Of a stretch of 64,000 bases of DNA, positions 40,515 to 48,332 are shown in pieces. The notes under the pieces are model-generated. The model did not search any database. It worked only from the letters and a program-made list of their open reading frames with translations, and was not told where the DNA came from. This DNA is from Thermoanaerobaculia bacterium. GTDB taxonomy: Bacteria; Acidobacteriota; Thermoanaerobaculia; UBA5066. The stretch is taken from assembly GCA_038245905.1 (NCBI GenBank), contig JBBRRY010000010.1:24325-88324 (forward strand), written 5' to 3'. Both the position numbers and the translations under genes were made by a program. Each line of letters starts with the position of its first letter. The first letter of the stretch is position 1.

Positions 40515-40924
40515 GGTTTGCGAAATCTGTCGGTCTGGCCGTGCTCGTGGCGACGATTGTCGTCGCCGCCGAAGGTTCCGCTCAGACGCCGCCGACTCGG
40601 ATCGCGTTCCGCGTGCCCTTCCCGAAGCCCGCCCTCGGGACTCCCGGCGGAGAGGCCATCTTCGCGGACCTGGGCCTGTCGGGTGGCCGGAAGTCCATCG
40701 TCTTCGGGACGACCGCAAAGAAGCTCTACGTCCACGATTTTGACGGCACGGTCGCTCCGGGCTGGCCGAAAGACCTGCCCGGCGAGGTGCGCAGCAGCCC
40801 GGACGTCGCGGATTTCGGACTCGGCCACGGGACGACGGACATCGTCGTCAGGTTCGGCGGCGGCAACGACTCGGGGACGGTCGGCGGCGTCGCGGCGTTC
40901 CAGCGGGACGGGACGCCAATCTAG
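40511..40924 (+). pseudogene. Truncated FG-GAP-type secreted protein (paralog of the 43081 N-terminus)
   Basis: ATG overlaps the upstream stop; ADLG...KSIVFGT..KKLY...PGWPKDLPGEVRSSPDVADFG...DIVV.FG...GGV.AFQRDGTPI then TAG. Confidence 0.75.
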
Positions 40925-41022
40925 ATTCGCAACGGCGTGTTCGACCCCCTCCATGGTTTTCCCGGCGCCGCGACGTTCGAGATCCGCGTGACCGTCGACC
41001 CCCTGACGGGCCCGGAGCCGCG

Positions 41023-42015
41023 TCACCAGTAACGCGCCCTGTTCGTGCGGTAGTACGCCAGAGTCCTCTCGAGCCCGTCAAGGAGCGGCGTCCGCGGCCG
41101 CCAGTCGAGCATCTTGCCGATCTTCCGGATGTCCGAGTAGAAATCGCCGGGCTCCTGCGCCTTGCGCTCCGCGGAGAAGGGCGCAAATTCCCAGCGCGCC
41201 CCGGTGAGCGCCGCGAGCGTCTCGGCCACTTCGCGGAACGTCGTCGGCTCGCCACCGCCAACGTTCAGGACCTCGCCGACGGCCGCGTCCGAGAGGGCCG
41301 CGAGGAGGATCGCCTCGACGCAGTCGTCGACGTAGAGGAAGTCGCGGAGGATCGTCCCGTCTCCGAAGACGGGCATCGTCGCGCCGTCGAGAGCAAGACG
41401 CGCAAACCAGTTCACGACGCCGTAGCGCGAGTGCCGCATCTGGGCCCGCGGCCCGTAGATGTTCGAGAGCCGCAGCATCGTCCCGCGGACTCCGTGGAGG
41501 TGCCCGTACATCTCGACGATCTTTGCGGCCGCGAGGTTCGAGATCTCGTGGAGGCCACGCGGGTTCGTCGGCGCGTCCTCGGCGACGGGCAGGGAGTCCG
41601 CGGCGCCGTACTCGCCGCGCGTGCCGATGTAGACGACCCGCGCGGTAGGGTTGTGGCGCTTGAGCGCCTCCATGAGGACGGTCGTGCCGCGGATGTTGAT
41701 GTCGATGTCCGGGAACGGATCCGTGAGCGAGAGGACGTGGTCCATCTGGCCCGCGAGGTGGAACACGACGTCGACGCCGCGCACGGCCTTGCCCATCGCG
41801 GCGGAGTCGCGGATGTCGACGAGGTCGACGGCGACCGAGCCCTCGACGGGCGCGAGATTGAACTTGTTCCCGCCGTAGCCTGGGATCATGGCGTCCACGA
41901 CCGAGACCTGTGCGCCGCGCCCGACGAGGGCGATCGCGAGGTTCGACCCGATGAAACCGGCGCCGCCCGTCACGAGGGCTCGAGTGCCCGAGATGGGCGG
42001 TAGGGCGGTCGTCAT
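41023..42015 (-). CDS. NAD-dependent epimerase/dehydratase (extended SDR)
   Basis: VTGGAGFIGS, VFHLAGQ, NIYGPR, GDGTILRDFLYVDD; the catalytic YxxxK position reads atypically HEISN. Confidence 0.88.
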   Translation of the reverse strand: MTTALPPISGTRALVTGGAGFIGSNLAIALVGRGAQVSVVDAMIPGYGGNKFNLAPVEGSVAVDLVDIRDSAAMGKAVRGVDVVFHLAGQMDHVLSLTDPFPDIDINIRGTTVLMEALKRHNPTARVVYIGTRGEYGAADSLPVAEDAPTNPRGLHEISNLAAAKIVEMYGHLHGVRGTMLRLSNIYGPRAQMRHSRYGVVNWFARLALDGATMPVFGDGTILRDFLYVDDCVEAILLAALSDAAVGEVLNVGGGEPTTFREVAETLAALTGARWEFAPFSAERKAQEPGDFYSDIRKIGKMLDWRPRTPLLDGLERTLAYYRTNRARYW

Positions 42016-42210
42016 GGTGGTTGAGCATAGCCGGAGGGTGTCAGGGCTCGTCTCACGGACACGGCGGGGGGCGGCATTGCTTCGTCCGACGGTTTCTGTC
42101 AGAGGCGCCGGACCGTTTGGGCAAGAAATCCGACGAGTAACCCTCACGCAAGCCTCGGTTTTCGTGCGGGGCTCCCGCGCTTACCGAGGGCGGCCTCCTC
42201 GTCGTCCTCT

Positions 42211-42368
42211 GGCCATTCTGCTGTCATGGGACGGCACGGGCCGTGCAACGTTTTCGAACCATTCGGCGGGCGCTCTCGATCTCGTCGTCGACGTCAACGG
42301 TTTACTTCAGATGAGCCTTTCGAAATTTGTCAGACCGGCCCAACGCGAGGCGACGATTCTCGGCGCCC
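42211..42368 (+). pseudogene. Relic of a C-terminal-domain/FG-GAP gene junction (decayed copy of ~40411-40570)
   Basis: ILLSWDGTGRATFSNHSAGALDLVVDVNG versus ILLSKDGMESASFRSNAAGALDLVIDVNG; a 1-bp insertion (GGTTTAC); then ATGAGCCTTTCGAAATTTGTC versus ATGAGGTTTGCGAAATCTGTC. Confidence 0.75.
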
Positions 42369-42519
42369 GGATGGGGTCTAGGTCACTTTTTTGGAGCAGT
42401 TGCGGTTCAGGACCCACTTTCGGAGGGCTCGAGACCAGCAACGTGAGGTCTCGTCACTACTCCTTGAAACGCTATACTCAATTAAGATCATCGTGCATCG
42501 GGAAAAAGGAGGCTCTCCC

Positions 42520-43029
42520 ATGAGCAAGGCTGGAATCGCTCGCTCGCTCGTCATCCTCTCGGTGGCTGCGGCCGGCTTCGTGACGCGCGAGGCGCAGGCG
42601 CAGGCGCAGGCGCAGGGCCTCCAGTTCTTCGCGGTGACCCCCTGCCGGGCCGCGGACACACGCCTCGCGTCCTACAACTCGGGTGCGTTCCTGAACGGGC
42701 CGCCGAACATGCAGGCCGGTCCCGTGCGCGCGTACTTCGTCAAGGGAAAGTGCGGCGTGCCCGACACGGCGCAGGCCGTCTCGCTCAACGCCGCAATCCT
42801 GAACCCCACTGCCACGGGCTTCCTGTCGCTCTGGCCGGCCGGCGGGGTGTTCCCGGTCGTGTCGACGATCAACTTCCTGCAAGGCGAGCCCGGTCTCGCG
42901 AACGGCGCCATCGTGCCGCTCAAGGCCTGCGCCTCGCCCTGCGCGGACCTGAACGTCGTGTACGGCAACGACGGGACTCCCGGCAAGTTCCTCGACTTCG
43001 TCCTCGACGTCACCGGCTACTTCCAGTAA
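42520..43029 (+). CDS. Secreted protein consisting only of signal peptide + shared C-terminal domain
   Basis: AAGGAGG RBS, ATG at 42520, signal peptide, (AQ)4, FFAVTPCRAADTR...CGVP..AQAVSLN...DVTGYFQ. Confidence 0.85.
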   Translation: MSKAGIARSLVILSVAAAGFVTREAQAQAQAQGLQFFAVTPCRAADTRLASYNSGAFLNGPPNMQAGPVRAYFVKGKCGVPDTAQAVSLNAAILNPTATGFLSLWPAGGVFPVVSTINFLQGEPGLANGAIVPLKACASPCADLNVVYGNDGTPGKFLDFVLDVTGYFQ

Positions 43030-43054
43030 TTCCGGGCCGGGGCCGGCGCGCCCG

Positions 43055-43071
43055 TTGGCACCGTCCGTGCA
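43055..43071 (+). promoter_or_regulatory. Putative sigma-54 promoter of the FG-GAP gene
   Basis: TTGGCACCGTCCGTGCA (GG-N10-GC); predicted +1 near 43082, at the ATGATG start. Confidence 0.6.
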
Positions 43072-43080
43072 GTTCCGTCC

Positions 43081-44988
43081 ATGATGCGCGAGACGGGGTG
43101 GTTCCGGCGCCTTGCGGTGGTGGTCCTTCTCGGGCTTCCGTCGCTTGCGGTTGCCGTCAACTACCCGGAGCGGGGCGGGTTCCCGTTTCAGATTCCGGGA
43201 GGCGGCCAGTTGCGCGGGGGGCATCCCGCGATCGCGGATCTCGGTAACACGCCCGGCCACAAGTCCATCGTCTTCGGGACGTCGAACAAGCTGCTCTACA
43301 TCGTCGAGTGGGTGAACTCCACGACGTGGCGCGTCCGGCCGGGCTTCCCGGTGACGCTGCCGGGGGATCCGGTGGGAAGTCCCGCGATCGGCGACCTCGG
43401 CTCGGGACACCCCGACATCGTGATCGGCTACGGCTCGACGTTCTCGAACCCGGGCAAGGGCGGGGTCATGGCCATCTCGCGTGACGGGACTCTCCATGGA
43501 GGAGGCGCCGTACTCTGGGACCACCCGTCGGGAGACTTCAACAACGACGGCGTTTCCGATCCCGTGATCGGGGCTCCGGCGATCGGCGACATCGACGGGG
43601 ACGGCTTCCCGGACATCGTCTACGGGTCGCTCGACGCGAACGTCTACGCACTGAACGCCGCGGACGGTTCACTCAAAGCCGGGTGGCCAATCTTCGTGCG
43701 GGACACGATCTTCTCCGCCCCGGCGCTCCACGACATCGACGGAGACGGCAAGCTGGACGTCGTCATCGGGACGGATGCCCACCTCGAGGGCTCGCCGTAC
43801 AACACCCCCGCTGGCGGCTGTCTCCACGTCTTTCGTTACGACGGCACGGAGGTCCTCGGCTTCCCGCGGTGCATCGACCAGGTGATCGTGAGCGCGCCGG
43901 TCGTCGGCGACATCGACGGCGACGGCCGGCCCGAGATCGTCGTGGGGACGGGAATGTTCTATCCCTCCGGGACGCACGCGGTCCACGCCTTCAAGTGCGA
44001 CGGCACGCTCGCGGCCGGCTGGCCCGTCGCGGTGGACGGGCAGGTCGCGAGCTCGCCCGCTCTCGCGGACCTCGACGGCGACGGGATCCTCGACGTCGTC
44101 GTGACGGACTTCACGAGCTCGCCCAGCTTCCTCGCGAAGGTCTACGCGTTCAAGGGGACGACCGGAGCGCTCCTCTGGAAGAGGATCCCGCTGATGTACG
44201 CCGGCGGGCAGGCGCCCAGCGCGGGGGATCCCGTCGTCGCCGACGCGCTCGGGAGGAGCTCGACCCCGTCGGCGGCGCAGGCGCAGGTGCTGGTCGCCGT
44301 GAACACCGAGATCGTCGCCTTCTCGAACACGGGGACACAGCTCACGGAATCCCAGAGCGGCCTCGGGGGCCTCAAGTCGTTCGGGACTTCGACGACGATC
44401 TCGAACGTCGGAGCGACGACGATCGACTCGTCCTCCGTCATGGATGTCGTCACGGTTTCCGCGACCCCCTTCCCCTCGGCGTTGAACACGGAGGTCCACG
44501 TTTTTAACCCTCCGCGCACGTATGCCGTGCCGACGCCGCCGTGGGGCATGGTCCGCGGCAACGTCGCGCGCACCGGCGTATACCCCGGGACGGCCGCCTG
44601 CGTGGACGCCCACGCGCCCACGACGTTCGTCGCGCTCACGCCGTGCCGCCTTCTGGACACGAGGAACACCGCCGGGACATGGGGAGGCCCGTCCCTGGGC
44701 GCGGCGCGCGCGCGCGCGTTCCCGGTCGTCGGCCGGTGCGGCATCCCCGCCGACGCGAAATCCCTTTCCGTGAACCTGACGGCGGTGAACCAGAGCGCCG
44801 CGGGGAACGTGCAAGTCTACGGCGGAACATGGCCGTCGCCGACAGCCCTCACCGTCCTCTACAATGTACTGCAGACGCGCGCCGCCTGCGCGCTCGTGCA
44901 GGTAGGAGCGGGCGCCGTCGTGATCCAGAACAACCAGTTCGCCGGCACGGCGGACGTGGTCCTCGACGTGAACGGCTACTATCACTGA
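43081..44988 (+). CDS. Secreted FG-GAP/VCBS repeat beta-propeller protein with shared C-terminal domain
   Basis: Repeated GWP...SP.IGDIDGDG..DIV motifs; PCRLLDTR...CGIP...DVNGYYH. Confidence 0.87.
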   Translation: MMRETGWFRRLAVVVLLGLPSLAVAVNYPERGGFPFQIPGGGQLRGGHPAIADLGNTPGHKSIVFGTSNKLLYIVEWVNSTTWRVRPGFPVTLPGDPVGSPAIGDLGSGHPDIVIGYGSTFSNPGKGGVMAISRDGTLHGGGAVLWDHPSGDFNNDGVSDPVIGAPAIGDIDGDGFPDIVYGSLDANVYALNAADGSLKAGWPIFVRDTIFSAPALHDIDGDGKLDVVIGTDAHLEGSPYNTPAGGCLHVFRYDGTEVLGFPRCIDQVIVSAPVVGDIDGDGRPEIVVGTGMFYPSGTHAVHAFKCDGTLAAGWPVAVDGQVASSPALADLDGDGILDVVVTDFTSSPSFLAKVYAFKGTTGALLWKRIPLMYAGGQAPSAGDPVVADALGRSSTPSAAQAQVLVAVNTEIVAFSNTGTQLTESQSGLGGLKSFGTSTTISNVGATTIDSSSVMDVVTVSATPFPSALNTEVHVFNPPRTYAVPTPPWGMVRGNVARTGVYPGTAACVDAHAPTTFVALTPCRLLDTRNTAGTWGGPSLGAARARAFPVVGRCGIPADAKSLSVNLTAVNQSAAGNVQVYGGTWPSPTALTVLYNVLQTRAACALVQVGAGAVVIQNNQFAGTADVVLDVNGYYH

Positions 44989-44992
44989 CGGT

Positions 44993-46732
44993 TTGTCCGC
45001 GTTACTCTTTGCTAAGCTTGTAGGGGTCTTGACGCCTGCCCGAAGCTCCTCCTCCCTCCGCCGCTTCGGCCTCGTCTTGCTGGCCGCCTTCCTCGTGTAC
45101 AACGCAAACCTGAGGCACATTGCGAGCTACGACAGCTACGCGGCCGGCCAACTGCCTTTTCGCCTCCTGACGGGGCACGGCCTCACGCTGGAGGACCCGA
45201 GAGGACTCCCTCCGTACGTCCGCTACTCGATCGTCACGTCGCGCGACGGCTCGTTTGTGTCGCTCTATCCGGTCGTGGGCTCGATCCTCGTGACACCGCT
45301 CTACGTACCGGCGGTCGCTCTGGTGGTTCTCCGTCCCGGCACGAATCGCGACGACCTCCGAATGGTCATGGAGAAGGTCTCCGCGTCCGTGATCATGGCG
45401 GCCGCGGCCGGACTGATGTTCCTGGTCCTCGAGACGCTCGTGGCCGGACCGACGGCCCTCCTGCTCACGGCCGCCTATGCGTTCGGGACCACGAGCTGGG
45501 CCACGAGCAGTCAGGCCCTCTGGCAGCAAGGGCCCTCGCAGTTCCTCCTCGGGGCGATCCTCCTCGTCTTCGTCCGTGGCTTCGAGACGCCGGCGCGTCT
45601 CGCGCTCCTCGGCGTCCTTGCGGGCCTTTTGACCGCAAACCGGCCGACGAACCTCGTCTTTCACGCGGCGATCGCCGTCTTCGTCCTCGTCCGGCTGCGC
45701 CGCCGGGCGTGGCCGTTTTTCGCGACGAGCGCCGTGGCGGGAGCTCTTCTCGTTGCATACAACCTCCACCACTTCGCACGCCTGTCGGGCGGCTACGGGA
45801 CGCTCGACGCGTCCCATCCCGCGTTCTTCGGGCACAACGCCTGGGGTTTTCTCGGGCTGTTGGGCCTGCTGTTCAGCAACCGCGGCCTCTTCATCTTCTC
45901 CCCGTTTCTCCTTCTGGCCCTCGCGATCCCATGGGCCGGCGCCTGCAGGTTCCCGGGGATCAAGGTTCTCCTCGCGTCCTACGCCGTCTGTCTTTACCTG
46001 CACGGTCATTTCTTCGATTGGGCAGCCGGCTACTGCTACGGCCCGCGTTACGTGCTCGACGGGCTCCCGATTCTCGTGGTCGCCATCGCGCCTGCCTTCG
46101 AGCGAGCCTGGAAGTCGGTCCCCGGCCGGATCCTTCTCGCGTTCACCGTCGCGTTCTCGGTGTTTCTCCAGGTCGTCGGCGTTTTCTTCTATCCGCAGAA
46201 CGACAGCGGGAACGAGGACCACGGCTTTTGGACGATCGAGCGCTCCTCGCCGGTTCTCGCGCTTCAGGGCGGGCCGGCGACGCCCGACTTTCTGGGCTTG
46301 CTGCTTCCGGGGATCGCGATGACGCACAAGCTCGCGCCCGACGAGACGCGCGTTCGATACGACTGGGAAGTCTTACCCCCTCCGAGCTGGCCGCGCGGAA
46401 CATCGCGCGTCCTGAAGTTGCGCGTCGAGAACCGGGGGACCGCGGCCTGGTCGTCGTTGGGAGGAATGATGGCGCGCGGTGCCGTCCGGCTGAGGCTGAG
46501 CTGGTACGCGGCGGACCGCCTTCAGGACCCCGGGCTGGCCGTTAGCGACGCCTGGTTGACCTGGCGCCTCCAGCCAGGGCAGTCCCTCTCGAAGGACCTC
46601 CGCGTCGTCGCACCCGGCGAGATCGGCCCGGCGGTACTCGTCGTGACGCTTATCCAGTACCGGATGGAGGAGGGGATCTTCGGAGGGCCCGGCTCCGAGC
46701 CGATCGCCGTCGGCGTGGACGTCACGCCCTGA
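44993..46732 (+). CDS. Multi-TM membrane protein (GT-C-like) with C-terminal Ig-like domain; start uncertain (44993 or ~45029)
   Basis: SYDS loop, SLYP, SQALWQ, RPTN, GLFIFSP, W.AG.CYGPRY; C-terminal VENRGTAAW...W...L.PG...AP...G. Confidence 0.65.
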   Translation: MSALLFAKLVGVLTPARSSSSLRRFGLVLLAAFLVYNANLRHIASYDSYAAGQLPFRLLTGHGLTLEDPRGLPPYVRYSIVTSRDGSFVSLYPVVGSILVTPLYVPAVALVVLRPGTNRDDLRMVMEKVSASVIMAAAAGLMFLVLETLVAGPTALLLTAAYAFGTTSWATSSQALWQQGPSQFLLGAILLVFVRGFETPARLALLGVLAGLLTANRPTNLVFHAAIAVFVLVRLRRRAWPFFATSAVAGALLVAYNLHHFARLSGGYGTLDASHPAFFGHNAWGFLGLLGLLFSNRGLFIFSPFLLLALAIPWAGACRFPGIKVLLASYAVCLYLHGHFFDWAAGYCYGPRYVLDGLPILVVAIAPAFERAWKSVPGRILLAFTVAFSVFLQVVGVFFYPQNDSGNEDHGFWTIERSSPVLALQGGPATPDFLGLLLPGIAMTHKLAPDETRVRYDWEVLPPPSWPRGTSRVLKLRVENRGTAAWSSLGGMMARGAVRLRLSWYAADRLQDPGLAVSDAWLTWRLQPGQSLSKDLRVVAPGEIGPAVLVVTLIQYRMEEGIFGGPGSEPIAVGVDVTP

Positions 46733-46754
46733 ACCGGGCGCACGGCGCTCGGCC

Positions 46755-48332
46755 TCAGTCGGGGGGGAGTAGTCGGACGCCGCCTGGGGCGTTGCGATAG
46801 ACGACGTACGGCCCGACGACGTCTCGGCGGAAGGGCCGGCCTTCCTTCGGAAGCGCGTACTCCATGTACTTCTGCCGTGGATCGCCGTCGAAGAACACGT
46901 AGGCGGGTTCGTCGGCCGCGTTCGCCGCCTTCGTGTACGCCTTGTCGCGGTCCCAGTCGCGGAACAGCCCGAGTCGGATGTCGCCCTTCGAGCGCATCGC
47001 GACGACGTAGCTGATCCAGTAAGAGCCGTAGCCCGTCGTCACGTTCGCGCGCTTCAGGTACGCAATGAGCGCCCCGCACGGGTCGGCGAGCCGCCCGAGT
47101 CGGCCCGACCCGTCGAGGAGGCCCGTCTCGCGATACCACGCGCGGGTCCGGAGCGCCGGGACCGCGAGAAGAATCACTCCGAGCGCGAGCGCGACCGTGG
47201 GAATGCGGCGCGCCGACGACGCGACGAGGCCCGCGGCGAGGACGACGAGGCCTGTGAGTGAGGGCAGCAGGTAGCGGTTCGAGAAGACGTCCTGCGGGTT
47301 CGGTGAAAGGGCGAAGAGGACGACGTTCAGGAGCACGAGGCCCGCGAGCGCGAGCTCGACGCGCCGGAGGTGCGGTGCGAAGCCGATCCGCGTCCGGAGC
47401 GCCGCAGCGAAACCCGAAAGGAGAACCGCTGCGAAGACCACGCCGAGGAGCCTGAGAGCGACTGTGTTCGCACCGAGATACGGAACGAGATCGGAGCGGT
47501 CGGCGGGATTGACCCCGAGAAAGACGGGCAACACCTTGTGGAGGAGGAGCTGGAAGTTGAATGCGATCTGGTCCGGGTTGGCGAAGCTGTAGGTGATGCG
47601 TTTCTCCCCAAGAGTCCCCCTCAGGATTGCGCGGATTTTGGGCGCCCAGCCGACGGCGAATCCCGCGAAAAAGAGCGCCAGCGCGAGCACGACGCCGCGC
47701 CCTCTCTCGCGCATCGAAGACGCGCCGGCGGAGACACGCTCCCACGCGAGCACCGCGAAGAGCGGGAAGAGAACGAGGAGGTAGACGAGGAAAAGTGAGT
47801 AGACGTAGAGCCCGAAGCCGCAAAAGAGACCGAAGAGCGCGGCGGCCCGGCCGTTCCACAACCCGGGTGGTCGCGTGAGGACGAGGAACCCGGCCGTCCC
47901 GAGAGCAACTGTCAACAGATACCCGCCGCTCGCCATCGTGGACCACTGGATGATCTGCGGTGAAAAGACCGCCGCGCCCGCGGCGGCGGCGATGGCGCCG
48001 GTCCCGCCGTAGAGCCGCCGCGCGAGCGCAAACGCCGCGGTGACGAAGAAGAGAAGCGTCGCAACGGCCGTCAGCTTGAACGCGATCGGCTCATAGCCCA
48101 GCACGGCCACGAACGGGATCGAGAGAATTCCCTCGGCGACCCCGTAAGAGGTCGCATCCCAGTTGTAGAAGCTCACGGGGCCGCCCGTCATCATGCGTTG
48201 GACCACGAGCGCGTCGACAGCCTCGTCCGAGTTGAAGAGCGGGGCCGCATTGTAGAGAACCGGGATCCGGACTACGACGGCGGCGAGGAGGAGGGCGGCG
48301 AGGGCTGCGCCGGCCGTGCGGGACGGAATCAC
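46755..48332 (-). CDS. GT-C (ArnT/PMT-like) membrane glycosyltransferase candidate
   Basis: NSDEA first-loop acidic motif, about 11 TMs, RYLLP, GYGSYW. Confidence 0.65.
   Translation of the reverse strand: MIPSRTAGAALAALLLAAVVVRIPVLYNAAPLFNSDEAVDALVVQRMMTGGPVSFYNWDATSYGVAEGILSIPFVAVLGYEPIAFKLTAVATLLFFVTAAFALARRLYGGTGAIAAAAGAAVFSPQIIQWSTMASGGYLLTVALGTAGFLVLTRPPGLWNGRAAALFGLFCGFGLYVYSLFLVYLLVLFPLFAVLAWERVSAGASSMRERGRGVVLALALFFAGFAVGWAPKIRAILRGTLGEKRITYSFANPDQIAFNFQLLLHKVLPVFLGVNPADRSDLVPYLGANTVALRLLGVVFAAVLLSGFAAALRTRIGFAPHLRRVELALAGLVLLNVVLFALSPNPQDVFSNRYLLPSLTGLVVLAAGLVASSARRIPTVALALGVILLAVPALRTRAWYRETGLLDGSGRLGRLADPCGALIAYLKRANVTTGYGSYWISYVVAMRSKGDIRLGLFRDWDRDKAYTKAANAADEPAYVFFDGDPRQKYMEYALPKEGRPFRRDVVGPYVVYRNAPGGVRLLPPD

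Noticed and set aside
40922-40924. Programmed TAG readthrough (pyrrolysine or recoding) in the FG-GAP fragment
   Set aside because: Readthrough would add only ~35 aa and not restore the propeller; the other TAG stops in the window behave normally.
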